Origin: Schaalia odontolytica
Lineage (GTDB): Bacteria > Actinomycetota > Actinomycetes > Actinomycetales > Actinomycetaceae
DNA length: 32,000 nucleotides
Assembly: GCF_005696695.1 (NCBI RefSeq)
Contig: NZ_CP040006.1
Coordinates: 900,001-932,000, forward strand
Direction: 5' to 3'
The notes below the pieces were generated by a model. That model had not been told where the DNA came from. It saw only the letters and a program-made list of their open reading frames with translations, and ran no database searches. Positions 1-8,368 of the stretch are shown here, in pieces. The translations under genes were made by a program, and so were the position numbers. Within the stretch, counting starts at the first letter, position 1. Each line of letters begins with the position of its first letter.

Positions 1-1410
1 CTTCAGACCCTTCACCCAGTTCTCGTAGCGCACGCGCATGAAGTCGGGGTGGAACTCCAGCTCGCGGCCGCGGCCGATGAGCTCCTCGTTCAGGTCCTTG
101 CCCGAGGCCGGGTTCGTCCACGCGCGGCCACCGTTACGGATGTACCACTGGCGCGAGGTGACGATCTCGAGGGGCTTGTCGCCCTTCTCGAAGAAGTTGG
201 TCTGACGCATCGTCTTGGTCGGCTCGCCCTTCAGCTCGCCCGACTCGCGCAGGGCGGCCACCACGGCCTCGCGCGCGGAGAACGTCGTCTTGCCGGTGAT
301 CTCCTCGAAAGCCGCGCGACCCGCATCGGTCGTGATCCACTCGGGGGTCTCGGTGATGATGCGGCCGTCCTTGCGCAGGATCGCGCGCAGCGGCAGCTCC
401 AGGTCACGCCACCAGTCGATATCGGTCGTGTCGCCGAAGGTACAGCACATGGCGATACCCGCGCCCTTGTCCATCTCCGCCTCGGGGTGGGGCAGGATCG
501 GCACCTCAACGCCGTACACGGGGGAGGCAACCGTCGTACCGAACAGCGGCTTGTAGCGCTCGTCGTCCGGGTGGGCGATCAGGGCCACGCAGGCGGCCAG
601 CAGCTCAGGACGCGTCGTCTCGATGCACACGTCCACGCCGTCCTCGACGGGCGCGCCGGCGGCGGCAGCCTTCGCGGCGGCCTCGGCGTCGGTGATGTGG
701 AAGGCCAGGCGGTGGTAGAAGCCCGGGTACTCGCGGCTCTCCAGCTCAGCCTGGGCGACCGCCGTCTGGAAGGTGACGTCCCACAGGCCCGGGGCCTCGG
801 CCTGGTAGGCCTCGCCGCGCGCCAGGTTGCGCAGGAATGCAGCCTGGGCGACCTTGCGGGCGCGCGCACCGATCGTCTGGTAGTTCTGCTTCCAGTCCAC
901 GCTCAGGCCCAGGTAGCGCCACAGCGCCTCGAACTGAGCCTCGTCTTCCTGGGTGAGGCGCTCGCACAGCTCCACGAAGTTCTTACGGGAGATCGGCTTC
1001 TGGTCGCGAGCCTTGATCGACTTGCCGTCGCCGCCCACGTGCGGGGGCTCGAAGTCGGGGTCGTAGGGCAGCGTGGCGTCCACGCGCACGCCGAAGTAGT
1101 TCTGCACGCGGCGCTCGGTGGGCAGGCCGTTGTCGTCCCACCCCATCGGGTAGAACACGGACTTGCCGATCATGCGCTGGTAGCGGGCCACGACGTCGGT
1201 GTGCGTGTAGGAGAAAACATGGCCGATGTGCAGGGAGCCGGATACCGTCGGCGGGGGAGTGTCGATCGAGTACACCTGCTCGCGCGTGGCGCTGCGGTCA
1301 AAAGCGTAGGTGCCCTGGCTTTCCCAGGCCTCACCCCACTTGGCTTCGAGGCCTTCGGGGGCGGCGCGGTCGGGCACGCGAGGCGCCTGCGCACGGGTGT
1401 TCATGGCCAT
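1..1410 (-). CDS. valS: valine--tRNA ligase, N-terminal ~470 aa (gene continues beyond the window edge)
   Basis: Absent from the ORF track because it is open to base 1. My reverse-strand translation from ATG 1410 (alternative ATG 1404) reads MAMNTRAQAPRVPDRAAPEGLEAKWGEAWESQGTYAFD...YSIDTPPPTVSGSLHIGHVFSYTHTDVVARYQRMIGKSVFYPMGWDDNGLPTERRVQNY. It has no stop for 470 codons down to base 1. The class I HIGH motif in the TPPPTVSGSLHIGH / GWDDNGLPTE context is that of actinobacterial-type ValRS. The + ORF 49..1416 is its antisense shadow. Confidence 0.9.
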   Translation of the reverse strand, partial: MAMNTRAQAPRVPDRAAPEGLEAKWGEAWESQGTYAFDRSATREQVYSIDTPPPTVSGSLHIGHVFSYTHTDVVARYQRMIGKSVFYPMGWDDNGLPTERRVQNYFGVRVDATLPYDPDFEPPHVGGDGKSIKARDQKPISRKNFVELCERLTQEDEAQFEALWRYLGLSVDWKQNYQTIGARARKVAQAAFLRNLARGEAYQAEAPGLWDVTFQTAVAQAELESREYPGFYHRLAFHITDAEAAAKAAAAGAPVEDGVDVCIETTRPELLAACVALIAHPDDERYKPLFGTTVASPVYGVEVPILPHPEAEMDKGAGIAMCCTFGDTTDIDWWRDLELPLRAILRKDGRIITETPEWITTDAGRAAFEEITGKTTFSAREAVVAALRESGELKGEPTKTMRQTNFFEKGDKPLEIVTSRQWYIRNGGRAWTNPASGKDLNEELIGRGRELEFHPDFMRVRYENWVKGLK

Positions 1411-1634
1411 AATTGAGTTGTCTCCATCCGAGTCGTGGACTGTTTGCCCCACTAGCCTACGTTTCCCCAGGCATTTCGGTCCAATGCTGGGCCTTTTAGC
1501 CCCCGGCGCGTCGCTCACACGCGTCGTTACAAAAGTTCCCCTCGTGGCGCGGTCGGGTGAACGTGAGCGCGTGGGGATACCGTGGTGTCAGACGCGGGAG
1601 CCGGGACGAGGCCCCCGCCGGGAAGGGGATCATC

Positions 1635-2987
1635 GTGAGGACGCAATCACTGGGCGAGCAGACCGTCGACCTGTTGGGACGCCTGGTGCGCCTGGGCTGC
1701 GTCAACGACCTGACCGCCGACTCGGGCGGAGAGGAGCGCGCCGCCGACCTCCTCGAGGACTTCTTCGCGGGCCTGCCCGTGTCAATCGAGCGGATCACCC
1801 CGCACCCCGGGCGCACCACCCTCGTCGTCACGGTTGAGGGCGCGGATCCGCGCAGCCCCGGCACACCCCTGACCCTCCTCGGGCATACGGACGTTGTGCC
1901 CGTGGATACGGCGAAGTGGACGCGTGATCCTTTCGGCGCTCAGGTCGAGGACGACGTCATGTGGGGGCGCGGCACCGTCGACATGCTCCACCTGACCGCC
2001 GCGATGGCCGTCGTGACCCGCGAAGTCGCCCGCCGCGCTCAGGACGGCAATCCTCCCGCGCGCTCCCTGGTGTTCGTGGCCGCCGCAGACGAGGAAGCCC
2101 GAGGAGGACTCGGCGTCCCGTGGATCGGCGACAACAAGCCGGACGTCTTCCCGTGGGATGCAGCCCTGTCCGAAATGGGAGGAGCGCACATTCGTGGGCG
2201 CCGCGGAGGCGATAGCGTCGTCGTGGTCGTCGGCGAAAAGGGTGCCGCCCAGCGCCGCCTGCACATCCGGGGCGACGCCGGCCACGGCTCGGTTCCGCTG
2301 GGGCGCACGAGCGCCGTCGAGCGCCTCGCCCAGGTGAGTGCGGCGCTGTCCGCCGCCCGCTGGCTCACCGCCACGGACGTGGTCTGGGCCTCCTTCGTGC
2401 GTGCCTTCGAGTTCGATGAAACGACCGAAACGAGTCTCATCAACGGCACCTACGAGGGCGACTATTCCGAGTTCGAGGACCTGGCGGCGTTCGCGCACGC
2501 GATCTCCCATGTGACCGTCGCCCAGACGGTGGCCCGCGCGGGCGGGCCCATCAATGTCATGCCCTCCCACGCCACCCTCGAACTCGACATCCGCACGCTG
2601 CCCGGCGTCGACGACGATGACGTGGATGCCGCCATCACGGCGGCCCTCGGCGACCTCGCCGAGCACGTGACCATCGAGCGCCTCCTGTGCGAGGCCGCCA
2701 CGGCCTCGTCGATCGACACAGACCTGTACCGGGCGATCGAAGCGGCGCTGACAAAGCGCTACCCGGGCGCGCGCGTCGTGCCCGTCCTCTTCCCCGGCGG
2801 ATCCGACCTGCGCGTGGCCCGCAGGCTTGGCGGTATCGGGTATGGCTTCGGGGCCGTGGATAGCGGTGCGAGCCTGGGGCATGTGTACTCACAGCTGCAC
2901 GCACACGACGAACACATCGCCCTGGTGGACGTGCGTGCGACCGCCGAGGTCCTCCACGAGGTCGTGACCGCCTACCTGGGCGCATAA
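1635..2987 (+). CDS. M20/M25/M40 family metallopeptidase (ArgE/DapE/CPG2-like)
   Basis: Track ORF 1557..2987. The motifs LLGHTDVVPVDTAKWTRDPF, MWGRGTVDM and FVAAADEEARGG are typical of the M20 metal-binding H-x-D, D and E-E sites. Likely start is GTG 1635, 5 nt after GGAAGGGGA; the ORF also opens at 1557. Confidence 0.8.
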   Translation: MRTQSLGEQTVDLLGRLVRLGCVNDLTADSGGEERAADLLEDFFAGLPVSIERITPHPGRTTLVVTVEGADPRSPGTPLTLLGHTDVVPVDTAKWTRDPFGAQVEDDVMWGRGTVDMLHLTAAMAVVTREVARRAQDGNPPARSLVFVAAADEEARGGLGVPWIGDNKPDVFPWDAALSEMGGAHIRGRRGGDSVVVVVGEKGAAQRRLHIRGDAGHGSVPLGRTSAVERLAQVSAALSAARWLTATDVVWASFVRAFEFDETTETSLINGTYEGDYSEFEDLAAFAHAISHVTVAQTVARAGGPINVMPSHATLELDIRTLPGVDDDDVDAAITAALGDLAEHVTIERLLCEAATASSIDTDLYRAIEAALTKRYPGARVVPVLFPGGSDLRVARRLGGIGYGFGAVDSGASLGHVYSQLHAHDEHIALVDVRATAEVLHEVVTAYLGA

Positions 2988-3036
2988 CGAGGCCGGGGCC
3001 AGGTTGCGCGTTCGTGCAACCCAGCCCCGGCCTCGT
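2987..3036. terminator. long palindromic hairpin between convergent genes (bidirectional terminator candidate)
   Basis: ACGAGGCCGGGGC (2987-2999) pairs with GCCCCGGCCTCGT (3024-3036). An inner GGTTGC/GCAACC stem surrounds a TTCG-containing loop. The hairpin lies between the stop of the M20 gene (2985-2987) and the stop of the minus-strand transporter (3054). Confidence 0.6.
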
Positions 3037-3053
3037 AGAGAAGAACGATGGAA

Positions 3054-4418
3054 TCAGAGGACCATCGCCGCGATCCAACCACCGATCAACAGTGGAATGT
3101 TGTAGTGGATGAACTCGGGGATGACCGTGTCTCGCATGTGGTCGTGCTGACCGTCGATGTTCAGACCGGATGTCGGGCCGAGCGTCGAGTCGGACGCGGG
3201 TGAGCCGGCGTCGCCGAGCGCGCCCGCCGTGCCGATGATCGACACGGTCGCGATGGGGGAGAAGCCGAGCGCTACGCACAGCGGCACGTAGATTGCCGAA
3301 ATGATCGGCAGCGTCGAGAAGGACGAACCGATACCCATCGTGATGATCAGGCCGACCACGAGCATGATCATGGCGGCCAGTGCCTTCGAGCCGTTGAACA
3401 TCGCGGAGGTTTGCTGGACGAGGGGCTCGATCTGGCCGGACGCCTTCAGGACGGACGCGTAGCCCTGTGCGGTGATCATGATGAGGCCGATAAGGCTCAT
3501 CATCTTCATGCCGCCGCTGAACACGTCGTCTGCCTGCTGCCAGGGAACGACGCGCATCGCGAGCATCATGCACAGGCCCACCAGGGAACCCACGAGCAGC
3601 GGGTCGGCCTCGGAATCCATCTTGGTCATGACGGCCTGGATGACGAAGCAGGCGACGAGGGCGGCGATGGCTGCCCAGACCTTCTTCATCTCGACGGGCT
3701 TGTCGCTGTCGGAGCTGAACGAGGTCTCGCGCTGTTCGTATTCGCGCGGCTTGCGGTAGGAGACGAGCAGGGCGATTGCACAGCCCACGGCCATCGAGGC
3801 TGCGGGGATCGCCATGGCGGCCATCGGGTTGACGATGCCCTCGACGGGCAGGCCGGCTTCCTCGATGTTCTTGTAGAGAATGTCGTGCAGGAAGATACGG
3901 CCGAAGCCGATCGGCACGAACATGTAGGTCGTGACGATGCCGAAAGTGATCGCACAGGCGACCAGGCGACGGTCCATCTTCAGCTCGTTCATGACGCCGA
4001 TGAGCGGGGGCACCAGCAGAGGGATGAACGCGATGTGAATCGGGATGAGGTTCTGGCTCATCACGCCCATGACGAGGACGCCGCCGAGGATGCCCCACTT
4101 GGCGGAGCGGGCCACGCGCGCCGAGTTTGAGTCGTCGGCATTACGCAGCTTCTTGATGATCCAGTTCGCCAGCAAACGCGGCAATCCGGAGTGGGCGACC
4201 GACATAGCGAACGCACCGAGCAGGGCGTAAGACAGGGCGATCTTTGCGCCGCCGGCGAGGCCGTCCTGGAAGGCAACCATCGTGGCGGACATGCCCATGC
4301 CGGCGACCAGGCCGCCCACGAGGGAGGCCACGAAGAGAGAGATGACGACGTGCACGCGTGCGACGCTGAGGATCAGCATAACGAGCACGGAGAGCACGAC
4401 TGCGTTGAAGAGCAACAT
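3054..4418 (-). CDS. Na+/H+ antiporter family (NhaC/YuiF-like) polytopic membrane transporter
   Basis: Track ORF 3054..4454. The protein is highly hydrophobic with many TM segments. ALSYALLGAFAMSVAHSGLP and GDAGSPASDSTLGPTSGL resemble the YuiF/NhaC-type ion-transporter superfamily. Likely start is ATG 4418 (MLLFNAVVL), preceded by AGGAA. Confidence 0.65.
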   Translation of the reverse strand: MLLFNAVVLSVLVMLILSVARVHVVISLFVASLVGGLVAGMGMSATMVAFQDGLAGGAKIALSYALLGAFAMSVAHSGLPRLLANWIIKKLRNADDSNSARVARSAKWGILGGVLVMGVMSQNLIPIHIAFIPLLVPPLIGVMNELKMDRRLVACAITFGIVTTYMFVPIGFGRIFLHDILYKNIEEAGLPVEGIVNPMAAMAIPAASMAVGCAIALLVSYRKPREYEQRETSFSSDSDKPVEMKKVWAAIAALVACFVIQAVMTKMDSEADPLLVGSLVGLCMMLAMRVVPWQQADDVFSGGMKMMSLIGLIMITAQGYASVLKASGQIEPLVQQTSAMFNGSKALAAMIMLVVGLIITMGIGSSFSTLPIISAIYVPLCVALGFSPIATVSIIGTAGALGDAGSPASDSTLGPTSGLNIDGQHDHMRDTVIPEFIHYNIPLLIGGWIAAMVL

Positions 4419-4490
4419 GTGTGTTCCTGTGTTGAGGGTGCGCGGGTGCGCCAAATAAGGGGGAGGTAAGCCGCTGTGCGGCAGGTGGTG

Positions 4491-5297
4491 TCAGCCGAGA
4501 TGGGAGTCGGCGTGGATGGATGCGTCGACGGCACCTACCAGTGCGGTCGACAAACCACCTTCCTCGGCGGCCAGCAATCCTGCGATTGTGGTGCCGCCGG
4601 GGCTCGTCACCCGATCAATGAGTTGCGCGGGGATCGTGCCCGCCTCGCGTTCGGCGAGGAGCAGTGCAGCGGCTCCCGCCATCGCCTGTGCGGCGATCTC
4701 GACGGCGCTGTCCTTGGACAGGCCGTGCTTGAGACCAGCGCGGGCGAAAGAATCAACAATCTGGAAATACCAGGCCGGAGAGCACGAGGCCAGGGCCTGG
4801 AACACGGGGAAATAGTCCTCGTCAATGAGGATGGTGCGGCCGACCGAGTCCATGAGGGATCGGACGGCTGCGACCTGCGCGTCGGTGGCGCGCGCGGCCG
4901 TCAGGGCGGTCATGGACTGCCCGACGGTGGCCGCGACGTTCGGCATGACGCGCACGAGCGGGATGCCCGCGCCGAAGTCAGTGGTGATCTGGTCGAGGGT
5001 GCGCCCCGCCGCCAGGGAGACGATGCAGACGTCGGTGCGACCGACCACGATGGGGGAGATCTCCTTGATGACCGCGCGCTGGTCCTTGGGCTTGACGGCC
5101 AGGATGACGATGTCGGCCTGGCGGGCCAGGGAGGCGTTCGAGGACGCGGCTGCCGCGCCGAGTTCGTCGGCGAGGTCGCAGGCCTTGGCGGCGGTGCGGT
5201 TGGAGAAGACCAGGGTCGCGGGATCGACGCCGGACGCGACGGCACCGCGAGCGATGGCCTGGGCCATGGCTCCCGTTCCGATGAATCCGATACGCAT
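4491..5297 (-). CDS. proC: pyrroline-5-carboxylate reductase
   Basis: MRIGFIGTGAMAQAIARG is a Rossmann GxGxxA motif. LAVKPKD, RVMPNVAATVGQSMTAL and the C-terminal VTSPGGTTIAGL are the ProC signature. A GGGAGA RBS lies upstream of ATG 5297. Confidence 0.9.
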   Translation of the reverse strand: MRIGFIGTGAMAQAIARGAVASGVDPATLVFSNRTAAKACDLADELGAAAASSNASLARQADIVILAVKPKDQRAVIKEISPIVVGRTDVCIVSLAAGRTLDQITTDFGAGIPLVRVMPNVAATVGQSMTALTAARATDAQVAAVRSLMDSVGRTILIDEDYFPVFQALASCSPAWYFQIVDSFARAGLKHGLSKDSAVEIAAQAMAGAAALLLAEREAGTIPAQLIDRVTSPGGTTIAGLLAAEEGGLSTALVGAVDASIHADSHLG

Positions 5298-5379
5298 CAG
5301 GGTCTCCCGTGAAAGTTGGTCGATTGCGTTGCAGCTTACTCCACTTTGCCGTTTCTTGGCACAACGGCCGCACTGTGAG

Positions 5380-5429
5380 ACGAGGCCGGGGCCCGGACTC
5401 CCCGAAGGAGCCCCCAGCCTCGGCCTCGT
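5380..5429 (-). terminator. hairpin downstream of the DUF853 gene, same arm as the other terminators
   Basis: ACGAGGCCGGGGC (5380-5392) pairs with GCCTCGGCCTCGT (5417-5429), with one G-U position. An inner GGACTCC/GGAGCCC stem is also present. On the transcribed (minus) strand no U-tract follows the stem, so it is non-canonical. Confidence 0.45.
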
Positions 5430-5447
5430 GCCGAAAAAACGGAAGGG

Positions 5448-7427
5448 TCAGCGCTTGCGGGTGCCGAAGATGGAGCGAGTGATCTCGCGGCCGGCGGTGC
5501 GCAGGACGGACCCGAGGACGTTTTCGACCTGGCGGGTACGGCGTTCGGCGGCGCGCTGGCGGGCGGCCTCCTCCTTCTCCTGCTGCTTTTCGACCTGGCG
5601 GCGCAGCTTCTCCATTTCCTTCTGGCGAGCAGCCTCTTCCTTTGCGGCGGCCTTCTCGGCCTCCTTGGCGGCGCGCTCGGCTTCCTTCTCGGCCTCCTTT
5701 TGCAGGCGTTCGGCCTCCCTCGCGGCCTCTTCCTGGGCGATGGCTTCCTCGCGGGCGGCCTGTGCATCGGCCGCGCGGCGCTCGAGCTTCTCCTCGGCGG
5801 AGTCCGGGTTCACGGCGTCGCGGTAGCGGCCCATGATGACGCTGGACTGGTTGATGCGCGCGACCGTGTCAGCGGACGCGGGGCCCATGACGGAGGCGGG
5901 CGCCCAGATGCCGACCGGCGTGACCGGGGTGGGGTTACCCTTCGGATCCAGGACGGTCACGACGGCCTCGCCGGTGCCCAGGGTGGTGAGGACCTCGTCG
6001 AGCTCCAGGGAGGTCTTCGGGAAGGTCTGGACCGTGGCCTTGAGCTTCTTGAAATCGTCCGGGGTGGAGGCACGCAGGCCGTGCTGGATACGCGAACCGA
6101 GCTGGGCCAGGACGTCAGAGGGGATGTCCTTGGGGGTCTGCGTCACGAAGACGACGCCCACGCCCTTGGAGCGGATGAGTCGCACGGTCTGGACGACCTG
6201 ACGCTCGAACTCCTTGGTGGCGTCCGCAAACAAAAGGTGCGCCTCGTCGAAGAAGAACACCAGCTTGGGGCGCTCGACGTCGCCGACCTCGGGCAGGGTG
6301 GAGAAGAGGTTGGCGAGCAGGAACATGATGACGGCGCTGACCAGCGCCGGGCGCGTAGAGATATCGCCGACGCCGAGCAGGGAGATGATGCCGCGGCCGG
6401 TCGAATCCATACGCATGAGGTCGGCCGTGTCGAAGCCGGGGGCACCGAAGAACTGGCCGCCGCCCTGGGACTCGAGCGCGGTCAGGGCGCGCAGGATGAC
6501 GCCGGCGGTGGCCTTGGAGACGCCGCCGATCGTGGCCAGCTCGTCCTTGCCCTCATCCGAGGTCAGGAAGGAGATGACGGCGCGCAGGTCGGGAAGGTCG
6601 ATGAGCTCGAGGCCCTGGCCGTCCGCCCACGCGAAGATCAACTGGAGGGCCTGCTCCTGCGTGGTGTTGAGGGCGAGCGCGCGGGCGAGCAGGATCGGGC
6701 CGAAGTCGGAGATCTGGGCGCGCACGGGCACGCCCGGGAACTGCGAATCCGCGCCACCCAGGCTCAGCAGCTCGATCGGGAACGAGGAGGACGCCCAGTC
6801 CTGACCGTTGGCCGCGGTGCGGCTCAGGAGCTTCTCGGAGCTGGCGCCGGCCTCGGCCAGGCCGGTCAGGTCGCCCTTGACGTCGCACAGGAGGACGGAG
6901 GAGCCGTTCGCGGACAGGCCCTCGGCCAGGAGCTGGAGGGTACGGGTCTTGCCCGTGCCCGTCGCTCCGGCGACCAGGAGGTGGCGGTTGAACATGGGCA
7001 GCGGCATCTTGGCGCTCACGCCGGGCACGCGCGCACCGTTGTCAATCAGGGTGCCGATCGTGACCGCGGGGACGTCCCAGGAGTAGGCGCCCTGGATCTG
7101 GGTGGCGAAAGCCGACAGTTCGGTGCTGGGGGCGGGGGACGAGGCCGGGGCGGCAGGCGCTTCGGCGGCGGGGGCCTCGGGTGCGGGGGCGGCCTCGGCG
7201 GCCTCCACCTGGGTGCGCAGCGCGTCGGCCGTCGCGCGGGCGGCTTCCGCCTGCTGGGTCTCGGCCTCGGCCGTGGCGGCAGGCGCGTCTGCGGCCGAGC
7301 CGCCCTTTGCTTCAAGCTGGAGACGCAGGGCTTCGGCCTTTGCGCGGGCGGCCTCAGCCTCGGCGGCCTTCGCGGCTGCTTCCGCCGCGGCGAGCTGCGC
7401 CTTGAGGTCCTCGATGTTCTCGCTCAT
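5448..7427 (-). CDS. HerA-like helicase C-terminal domain ATPase (DUF853/YjgR family) with Ala/Glu/Lys-rich coiled-coil termini
   Basis: Track ORF 5448..7646. The sensible start is ATG 7427 (MSENIEDLKAQL). Walker A is LLVAGATGTGKTRTLQ and Walker B is KLVFFFDEAHLLF. The FVTQTPKDIPSDVLAQLGSRIQHGLRA block is typical of DUF853. Confidence 0.85.
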   Translation of the reverse strand: MSENIEDLKAQLAAAEAAAKAAEAEAARAKAEALRLQLEAKGGSAADAPAATAEAETQQAEAARATADALRTQVEAAEAAPAPEAPAAEAPAAPASSPAPSTELSAFATQIQGAYSWDVPAVTIGTLIDNGARVPGVSAKMPLPMFNRHLLVAGATGTGKTRTLQLLAEGLSANGSSVLLCDVKGDLTGLAEAGASSEKLLSRTAANGQDWASSSFPIELLSLGGADSQFPGVPVRAQISDFGPILLARALALNTTQEQALQLIFAWADGQGLELIDLPDLRAVISFLTSDEGKDELATIGGVSKATAGVILRALTALESQGGGQFFGAPGFDTADLMRMDSTGRGIISLLGVGDISTRPALVSAVIMFLLANLFSTLPEVGDVERPKLVFFFDEAHLLFADATKEFERQVVQTVRLIRSKGVGVVFVTQTPKDIPSDVLAQLGSRIQHGLRASTPDDFKKLKATVQTFPKTSLELDEVLTTLGTGEAVVTVLDPKGNPTPVTPVGIWAPASVMGPASADTVARINQSSVIMGRYRDAVNPDSAEEKLERRAADAQAAREEAIAQEEAAREAERLQKEAEKEAERAAKEAEKAAAKEEAARQKEMEKLRRQVEKQQEKEEAARQRAAERRTRQVENVLGSVLRTAGREITRSIFGTRKR

Positions 7428-7572
7428 GGTGTGGCCTTTCGGCTCTGGGCGCAGTGCGCCACTGTACTTCGACGTTACCGGAACAGTATCCCTTGGGACC
7501 GCAGTCCCATGCGAGTTATGCGGGGTGGGTCGGATGTGGGATTCGTCCACAACCCCCACACGCGCGTCGCAG

Positions 7573-7581
7573 TTATCCACA
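7573..7581 (+). promoter_or_regulatory. perfect DnaA-box nonamer TTATCCACA (within GTTATCCACAGG)
   Basis: Exact string read at 7573-7581 in the divergent DUF853/comEA intergenic region. A weaker TCGTCCACA lies about 25 nt upstream. Function is not established. Confidence 0.5.
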
Positions 7582-7621
7582 GGGGTTCGTTTTCGTGTGT
7601 GCTCCTGGCGTTCGCCGGGGT

Positions 7622-7627
7622 TAGCGT
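7622..7627 (+). promoter_or_regulatory. candidate -10 hexamer TAGCGT placed 6 nt before the comEA ATG (leaderless arrangement)
   Basis: TAGCGT fits the actinobacterial TAnnnT pattern. There are 6 nt to ATG 7634 and no Shine-Dalgarno in between. Confidence 0.3.
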
Positions 7628-7633
7628 GCGGGC

Positions 7634-8368
7634 ATGAACGTGTCACGATGGTTGGCTCGTCGGCGCATGGCGGCGCTGACGAAAGCCGTGTACGACAGCG
7701 CCCTCAGTGAGGACGACGAACCCGCCGAGCCGAGCGCCGCCCGCCTCCTACCTGGAGCAACGACCGTGGCCGCGCTGATCGTCGTGGTCGTCCTGATAGC
7801 GGCCATGGGGGTGTGGAGGCACGCGGCGGCACGCGAGCATTCCCAGGCCCTCGCCCAATCCTCCTCCGAGCGAGAAGAGAGCGAGGCCGCGCCTGTCGCG
7901 ACAGGCCCGTCCCCATCCGCATCCGCTTCCGCTTCCGCAGGCGATCGCACCGACGCTGTCGTCGTCTACGTCTCCGGTGCTGTCGCTTCCCCGGGAGTAC
8001 TCACCCTGCCGGCCTCTTCCCGAGTCATCGACGCCATCACGTCAGCCGGAGGCGCAACACCCGAGGCCGACCTGGAATCAATCAACCTCGCCCGACTCCT
8101 CGTCGATGGGGAACAGATCCGGGTCGGCATCGTTGGGGAATCGCCACCAGCAGCCTCCGAGGCGGGCACCCCAGCGGGGGCGTGCATTCGACTGGCCACC
8201 GCCACCGAGGCCGAGCTCCAGACCCTGCCCGGCATCGGACCGGCCCTCGCGCAGCGCATCATCTCCTACCGGGCCACGCACCCTCGCCTGTCCGCCGTCG
8301 AGGAACTCGACGATGTGCCCGGAATCGGCCCGTCCCTCATTGAGAAGATCCGGCCGGGTGTGTGCTGA
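7634..8368 (+). CDS. comEA: competence protein ComEA (membrane-anchored, SLBB + tandem helix-hairpin-helix DNA-binding domain)
   Basis: N-terminal TM segment VAALIVVVVLIAAMGVW. SLBB-like VVYVSGAVASPGVLTLPASSRVIDAI. C-terminal HhH pair ELQTLPGIGPALAQRIISYR...LDDVPGIGPSLIEKI. Confidence 0.85.
   Translation: MNVSRWLARRRMAALTKAVYDSALSEDDEPAEPSAARLLPGATTVAALIVVVVLIAAMGVWRHAAAREHSQALAQSSSEREESEAAPVATGPSPSASASASAGDRTDAVVVYVSGAVASPGVLTLPASSRVIDAITSAGGATPEADLESINLARLLVDGEQIRVGIVGESPPAASEAGTPAGACIRLATATEAELQTLPGIGPALAQRIISYRATHPRLSAVEELDDVPGIGPSLIEKIRPGVC

Noticed and set aside
49-1416. Long + strand ORF (455 aa), together with the many other 300-730 aa ORFs that lie antisense to or out of frame with the called genes. 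These are 2635..4098(-), 5700..7637(+), 10729..12927(-), 13466..14797(-), 17926..18942(-), 19101..21086(-), 24423..25379(-), 25343..26620(-), 28391..29638(-) and 30867..31898(-).
   Set aside because: Their translations are dominated by Arg, Gly, Ala, Pro, Asp, His and Val runs with no recognisable motifs. Each overlaps a gene on the other strand or frame that has clear family signatures. Long stop-free shadow frames are expected in high-GC DNA.
1411-1634. Possible T-box or other leader element upstream of valS, in the divergent valS/M20 intergenic region.
   Set aside because: The valS-proximal leader is short, and I see no T-box sequence (AANNNGGTGNNACCGCG-like), specifier-loop architecture or terminator/antiterminator pair.
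7100-7400. Apparent tandem or low-complexity DNA repeats (GCGGCCTCGGC-like), and a similar stretch at 5560..5760.
   Set aside because: They are the coding image of Ala/Glu/Lys-rich coiled-coil segments of the DUF853 protein. They are not a non-coding repeat array or a CRISPR.
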